A stretch of DNA of 64,000 nt from the human T2T-CHM13v2.0 reference genome, Homo sapiens, in the NCBI RefSeq assembly GCF_009914755.1, contig NC_060925.1; one strand, 5' to 3'. Each line of letters starts with the position of its first letter. Positions within the stretch are counted from its first letter, which is position 1. The position numbers were made by a program, and so were the translations under genes. The notes beneath the pieces are model-generated. The model made no database searches. It had not been told where the DNA came from and saw nothing but the letters and a program-made list of their open reading frames with translations. Of this stretch, positions 56,801-64,000 are shown in pieces.

Positions 56801-58180
56801 TTTAAAATCAAATTAATACATACACATGGTTGAAAAAGTAAAATGGTATTACAATGCTTATGACAAAATCAGAAGTATTCCTCCTACTTCCTACAGGCAA
56901 TTTCATTTAACTCTCCTTTTTTAAAAGCTATTTCCCTCCTTCTGTAATAGGTATCTATATGGGCGGGGCAGAGCTGGGGTGGAAAGCCTATACTACAGTT
57001 TTTTGATTTGAGACGTTATCTGTTCACTTCCTGCTATGGTAGAGAAGGATATGGCCCTTTTACACTATCTACTCCCTTTTTTCATTTTTCCCAATATTGT
57101 TATAGTAGTTTTAGCTTAAAATTTATATGTAATGTCTAAGTTATTATGACTAGAGAATCATTATTCACTAATAAGAAGTACACTATGGTTATCATCTTAC
57201 TTGTATAACCTCATGATTTTTCTAAAATTAATAGTTCCCCTCCCACCCTCGACTTTTACCTTTCTGTATCTCTATCACTAAATCTTCCAGACTCTTCTAA
57301 GGAACTGTAAAATCCCCTGGAATCTATTTACCACATGGTCAAACACACTGGAAGCCTTTCAGCCCCCTTACCCCTTTCTATTGACCTGAAGACAACCCTG
57401 CTGAAGCCCTCTGGTTTCCTATTCCAGTCTTTCTCTTAACCGGTCTGTGTACAATTCCTTCTTCTATAGACCTCATGTCTCTCTTTCCTTGTCCCCTTCC
57501 TTGTTCTGGTAGAACTAATTAAGTTTCCTTAGAAAGTAGCACATGGGTGATAAAAATTTCTTTGAGATCTGGAATTTCTCAAAATGCAATTTTTTCCCCC
57601 CTGCAACTCGATGGGACATTTGACAGGGAATCAAAAATTCTAGCTTGAAATCATTTTACCTTCTAACTATTCTTTTCATTTTGCCTTGGGTAAGTATGTC
57701 ATTTCAATTCCTGAATATGTGGATGTGATCTTTTTTAAATCTCCTTAAAGGTTTAAAAAGTTCTATCTTTGGTATCTTGAAAACTCACACAATGATGTGA
57801 CTGGGGACAGGTATTTGTCATCCACTAGTGCTAGTAGGCACTGATGGAACTGTGCAATCTGGAAACATGTCTTTTAGTTACAGGAAAAAGTCTTTTACTT
57901 ACTTGATAATTTCCTTCCTTTTCTTTTTTCTGTCTTCCCTTTCAGGAACTTCTACTTGTTGGATATGGATTTCTCATATTTTCTTTTCCTAATTTCTACC
58001 TGATTTTTTGCAATATTTTCTAAGAGAATTCTCAAATTTATCTTGTGACTCATCTACTGAATTTAAAAAATATTTATCATATTTTCTTTAACTTGAGACT
58101 TCTTGTTCTCATATTGCTCTGTTTCTTTCTGCTTTTTGCATTGTCCCTTTTTCCTTCAACAAAAACAGGAAATATTTATC

Positions 58181-58468
58181 TTTTTCTTTGAGACAGGGTC
58201 TCACCATGTCACTGAGGCTGGAGTTTAGTGGTGCGATCTCAGCTCACTGCAGCCTTGACCTCCCAGGCTCAAGTGATCCTCCCTCCTCAACCCCCAAGTA
58301 GCTGGCACTATAGGTGCACATCACCACGCCTGGCTAATTTTTGTATTTTTCATATAGACAGGGTTTTGCCATGCTGCCCAGGTAGGTCTCGAACTCCTGG
58401 GCTCAAGCAATCAGCCCGCCTAAGCCTCCCAAAATGCTGGCATTACAGGTGTGAGCCACCACGTATCC
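58181..58468 (-). mobile_element. AluJ
   Basis: Alu consensus, reverse orientation. Confidence 0.9.
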
Positions 58469-60291
58469 CTGATCTTTTTCCTTTGTTAGATAATTTTGAA
58501 ATGTCTACTGACTGTTGGGAATCTTAACATTTTTAAGAGTCAGTAAAAAAGCTAAAGAGATTTTGTGTCTATCTATGTGTCCACATGAGAGCAAACATAT
58601 GATGTGCTTGTTAAGAAAGGACCTAGCCATCTCATTAGGGAGCCCCAAATGACATTATCGATAGGTCTTTTCTGGGCCATTCAGTGGACCCGAGGATCCA
58701 CTGATATCCTCTCCAAGCAGAGTGGGGAGGAGGAGGCTACAGTCCCAAGAGTCAGTATTCTGGGAGCTAAGCAGAGGAAAGGATTTGAAGTCTCGCCATT
58801 CAGTACATGGACTTTTGCCAAATCTCAACTATTTGTGGTTTTGCACTTCTTTCTCTCACCAACCAGTGAGCCTGGTTGGTGCCCTTAAATTTGTGATCTC
58901 TTTGGTTTAATTACTTCACAAAATTAACGTATTGCTGAGTTGGGGTAGTTGTCTGGTTTTCAGAACTGGTATAACACTTTATGTGGACTTTGAATCAATT
59001 CTCTAATTTACTCTAGACTCCTGCTTCACTCTTGCCTCTCAAAGTACTTGGTGTCTTATCATTTTGGTTGTCTGAAGCTTGTTCTCTAGCACATTGCTTG
59101 AGAAGGGGTATGGGAACAGTATTTCCTGAGCTCTTGCATGTTCTTAATAGTTTTCTGTGGCCTTCATTTTTGGAGTATGCTTTACTATCCTTAAAATATT
59201 AAATCCTTAAAAATCTTTCACTTGTACTTTCCTTGGGTATCTTAAATGTGTTATTTCACTGCTGTTGTTTTTAGCATACTGTTACTATGAAAAAATCTGA
59301 TGATAATCTCATTTTCTTTCCCCTTTAAGTGACATATTTTTTGCCTGAATGCCCAATATTTTTCCTTTTATTTATAAACCTTTAGTTTACTAGAGTGTTT
59401 TCTTTTGGTTGGGTTGTCATATATCTTAACTTTCCTGTTTTTCATCTTATCTTCCCTCCTACTAACTTGTTTTTCTGTGATATCCATTTTACCCCTTCTA
59501 CTATTAAAGTCATCTATTTAGTTATTTCAGCAGTTATGTTTTCATGTCAAGTATTCCCAATTTATTTTTCTTCCTAACTACCTTATCCTGCCTCATGTTA
59601 CCAACATACTTCTTATCTCTTTAAGGATATTTTTTATGTTTATTTTAAATTCATGTTCTATCTGGCCTTAAAATTTTGCTTTATCTGGGCACAGGTTATT
59701 TCAGTTTGTCTTTCTTCTATATCAGTTATATTTTTTGTATATTTTTTCAGGTCTATTGACCTCTCTCTCTCATTTTGTGGTTTATCCAAGGTTTATGTTC
59801 TGGAGAGGCAGATCATTCAGTTTTCCAATTTCTGGAATTTCTTTGTGGGAGCTTGAGACAAGCAACTAAATCTTCTCATTCTACCATATGTAATACTTCA
59901 GTCATATTTATGTCAAATAGAATGGGAAAAAAAAGTCCACCTGAATTTTTCACTAAACGTTTTTCTTTCTCACTGGTTTATTGATTTCAGTCTCAGATTC
60001 TTCCACAAGTGGCCTCAACTTAATGCCTTACTGAGGCATATACTGCTTAGAGGAAGTGCTACTTCTTATTATAACAGACTTCAAAACATTGAATTTAAGA
60101 AGATGAAAAAGTGCTGTACGCTCTCCCTACCTTTCCTATTGGTGATTATTTGCATTCACACATAATTTATTTTATAAGTTTTTCTGTTTGTAAATTTGAA
60201 GAAATAATATCAAAAAAATCACAGCAAATGCATAGAGCAGATAAAATTCATTTTTTTTGGAACACACTATGCTTATAACTAGATTGAGTAC

Positions 60292-60375
60292 CTTAGGTGG
60301 AAAGCCAGTTGAACCAGGACATCCTTTTTTCCTTAAGGTTGGTGTGTGAACTGAAAGTGGAGTGGAGTCTACAGT
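60292..60375 (-). CDS. CDC42BPA: CDC42BPA exon (84 nt, phase 0/0): TVDSTPLSVHTPTLRKKGCPGSTGFPPK, variable linker before C1
   Basis: ttcag|ACT acceptor, AAG|GTACTC donor; in frame with the next exon. Confidence 0.93.
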
Positions 60376-61569
60376 CTGAACCCAGGAGCAAAAAAGGAAA
60401 TAAATGTCATGAAACACTCCATTAATTTCAAATATAACTAGAAAGAAGCCAAAATAAATAAAACAAAACATCAATAAGGCAAAAAGTTCTACTAATTAAT
60501 AATAAAGAAAACCTCAATAAAGCTAAAATTCTCATAGTGTTGATAATTTAAATCTCTGCCTGCAATATCTACGAATGAAATATTTGTTCAATTAGTAAGT
60601 TACTTTAGTCTGGAAATATAAAAATAAATCATTTGGATCAAATGATTCAAATAAAAAAAGCCATAGCATGTGGCCTACATAAATATGAGGATATTAATTT
60701 TTACATTCATCTGAATTTGCCATATTCTAAAAAGTATCTCAAAATGATTTATAATAAAATATTTAGAAGATTCTTTTAACTACTCAACTTTCATACATAG
60801 AACATATATTACATATATAGAACACAGCTCTGGATGTGAATACATAGACAGAGACTGACACTGGGATTTTTGTGCAGAAATTAATTTCCAAAGAAGGGAA
60901 TTATTTAATTTTATTGTAATTATTTAATATTATTGGAATTCTGACTTTAATACAAATTTAGTCACATACCATATCTTTCTTAGGTAGCTATGTAAAATAT
61001 GGTCTTCTTTTATGGGGTTTTATTGTAATATTATTTCTTTGAATGCAAAGAACCAATCATTCCACTGGATGTTATTATGGGGAAAAAAGAGCCACTGCTT
61101 AATCAGCAAAGTAGTGAGAAAAAAAAAAAAAAAAAAGACATGGAAAGTAACTTCCTTTCAGGATGCCAAGCAAAAAAATAAAAGGAAAACGCTAGTCTTT
61201 GTATAAAGAACAGAATATTTTAAAATATTATAAGAAAAATGGATGGTCCTTTCTTTGCTGTTATTATACAACCTCATCTTTGTTGTTACTATACAACAAT
61301 CTATCTTTGTTACCATACAACCTCCAAAAACAGAATATTTTATAAGCACTACAGCCTTAAAACAAAATTCAGTTGAGTTTCTCAGAGTTTTCTGTTTGTG
61401 AGTTTAGCTCTAATTTAGATTTTATTTACTTTTAAATAGCTTGAAAAAGTTTTAAACCAAACTTATAATTTAACATTTGAAAAGATACATATGAAAGATA
61501 AAAGAGAGGAACACTGAAAATCTATACAAAAGTTAATAAAAAACAATAGGAAACAAAGTCGTCAAATTT

Positions 61570-63380
61570 ACATAGAAAGTCCAAAGGTTATTAGAATTAA
61601 AAAAAATTAAGCAAGGGTGCTGGATACAAGATCTAGAGTTTATAAAGACAAGGCAATGCACAGTAAGAAAATGTATTTAAAAAGAATCCCAGTCACCACA
61701 GCAACAAAAAATTTAAGGTACCTAGGAACAAATCTAACAAGCAATATGAAATACACTGAAAATAATGAAACTTTATTGAAGGATATAAGAGAATCCCTAA
61801 TATGTATACCATGTTCATAGATGGAATACCCAGTATCATGAAAGATGTCAATTCTCCTCAAATAGATCTATACATTAATGCAATTCCAATCAAAAGCCCC
61901 ATGTGAAATTTGACAAGCTGACCTTAAAAGTAATATGAAAAACTAAAAGGTCAAGAAGAAAAGGAAGAAGGTATGTGGGATGGCTCACCATACCAGGTAT
62001 CAGGAATTATTTTAGAGTGAAAGTAATTGTAATTAAGACAATTTACTGCCAATGCAGGAAAAACCAAAAGAACAATGGAAAAGAATTGAGAGTATCCAAA
62101 CAGATCCATGCATATAAAGCAGAAATAGCCATTACAAATCGATGGGGGGAAATATAGCAGGGTCACTTGTTCACATGGGAAAAAGACATTAGAAGCCCAT
62201 TTCCCATTATACATAACAATATATATCAGTTTGATTAAGGTCCTAAACAAGTAAAAGCAAAATTTAAAAACTTTTAGAAGAAAATATAGAAGAAAATCTT
62301 TATAATCTCTGCATAGAGAACTGTTTTAAAAAGACATAAAAAGCAGAAGTCATAAAGAAAAAGACTGATAAATCTGACTATTTTAAAATCAAAACTTTTG
62401 CAAGACAAAAAGACACCACAAATAAAATTTTAAAATAAGCCACAGACTGGGAGAAAATATTTGCAATGCATATAGCTAGCAAAGAATTAGTATCTAGAGT
62501 ATATAATGAACACAAAAAGCTATAAGAAAAATGATTCAATAGAACAACAAAGGACACAAACAGGCAAATCATCAATGGTCAATAAACATACAAAAAGATG
62601 CTGAATAACACTAGAAAACAGATGTAATACAAAAATGACACTTAATACCCATCAAGCTGGCAAAAGTTAATGTGTGACTGTGAGGTGAGGATGTGGGGAA
62701 ATGGGGAACTCACACACACTGCTGGGGGAGTGAAAATTGGTCCAACCACTGTGGAAAACAATTTGGCAAGATCCAGTTAAACTTGAAAATGCATATAACA
62801 TACAACTCAGTAATTCCACTAAGTATACATGCCAAACAAACTCTGTACATTTGCAAAAACAGATATTAGGATATTAATTTCAGCACTGATAATAATGAAA
62901 AATTGGAAACAACCTAAATATCCAACTGCAGGAGAATGGATAAGTAGTTGTGGTATATGCCACAGTTATAATGAATGAACTAAATGAACACATATCTGTA
63001 GGAATAAACCTGAAAAGCAGACTTCTGAATGAAAAAAATTACAGAAGGATACAGGTAATATTTATGTAAATTATAAACACATAATAAGCACTACTATGTA
63101 TCATTTGTGGATACAAATGAAATGAACATCTAAAACCAAGAAAGGGAAGATGCACATCAGCTTCAGGATATTTAGATATGTCTGGGAAAGAAGAGTGGGG
63201 AACGGTATACACGAGGATGTTTCAACTGTTTCTGAAATATTTTTGAATAAAAACCTGAAAAACAAGCAAAATTTTCGTATCTGTTTAATCTGTGGGTGAT
63301 ATTTACATGGGTGTTTATATTCTCTGAATGCTTGAAATATTTTATCATTAAAACAAAAATGTATAATCTCAAAATATTAA
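61570..63380 (+). mobile_element. Old L1M (ORF2 end and 3'UTR)
   Basis: YLGTNLT remnant; aagatgtcaattctcc; gactgggagaaaatatttgcaa; tggaaacaacctaaat. Confidence 0.8.
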
Positions 63381-64000
63381 AACAATTATAACTAAAAACA
63401 CAAGAGGGTCTCATTAACTTAAACAATTTGGGGGAGTCTGTCACAGAGTTGGAAAAATCAAGTCAGAACCTGACTACAACCTCACACTTCACTTCAGACA
63501 ACTCTTCAGATTGGACTATCTGCTTCTATTGGAATGCTAGACACAGCTCTGGAGATTTAAGAAAAGGAAAGCAAAGGAGCTTTGTCTGAATCCTGATGCT
63601 GAATGAAGAACCAGAGCTGATCTTAAGGTAGGATGGTATGGACTGAGGTACAGCATTCTTTTGACTTGTGGAAGAAATGATCTCTGTTAAGAAAATTGGC
63701 CTATTGGCTATTTAAAACCATTGATTGACATGAAGTGTAAACACAACACAGTTTTTTTTGCACTATTAAATGTCAGGATTTAGTTGACTGTTACCAATTT
63801 AGCAGTTAGAATGAACTATTCAGTTGCCAGAAGTGGCTATTTTATTTTTCAGCTCTATTTATGATGTAACAGGTTAGTTATATCATGACCTATTACATTT
63901 ATTAGAAGAATTAAAATATGAGAATGGCACCTGCACTGCCATTTGCCTAGAGTTTCTAATAATTCAAAAATTTACATAATTAATCTTCTGTTCTACATGG

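Overview
Primate (human-like) genomic DNA. The window holds the 3' part of CDC42BPA (MRCK-alpha kinase) on the minus strand. I traced 15 GT-AG-bounded, phase-consistent coding exons from 60375 down to the stop at 6633-6635. They total 2256 nt (751 aa plus stop) and cover the end of the variable linker, the C1, PH, CNH and CRIB domains and the Ser-rich tail ending ...TDRGSWDP*. A ~4.4 kb 3'UTR follows, ending at an AATAAA at 2244-2249. The introns carry many Alus, a twin-primed 5'-inverted L1PA, a near full-length Tigger1, a full-length HSMAR2 mariner interrupted by a THE1 LTR, MLT1 LTRs and old L1M/L2/MIR relics. Almost all ORFs in the supplied track are repeat-derived or spurious. The most interesting part is the ~11 kb phase-0 intron after the CRIB exon (17476-28440). 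It contains a 186-nt in-frame exon encoding a second CRIB motif, three candidate alternative terminal exons (DKKLV*, GCSCICVC*, a hydrophobic tail ending RKKKR*), a candidate 41-nt poison exon and a candidate 3-nt microexon, together with clustered RBFOX, QKI and MBNL-type motifs. This looks like a splicing-controlled C-terminal switch. The second CRIB exon is probably already described. The other candidate exons are inferred from splice signals and need RNA-seq confirmation. Coordinates were counted by hand, and repeat boundaries and subfamilies are approximate.
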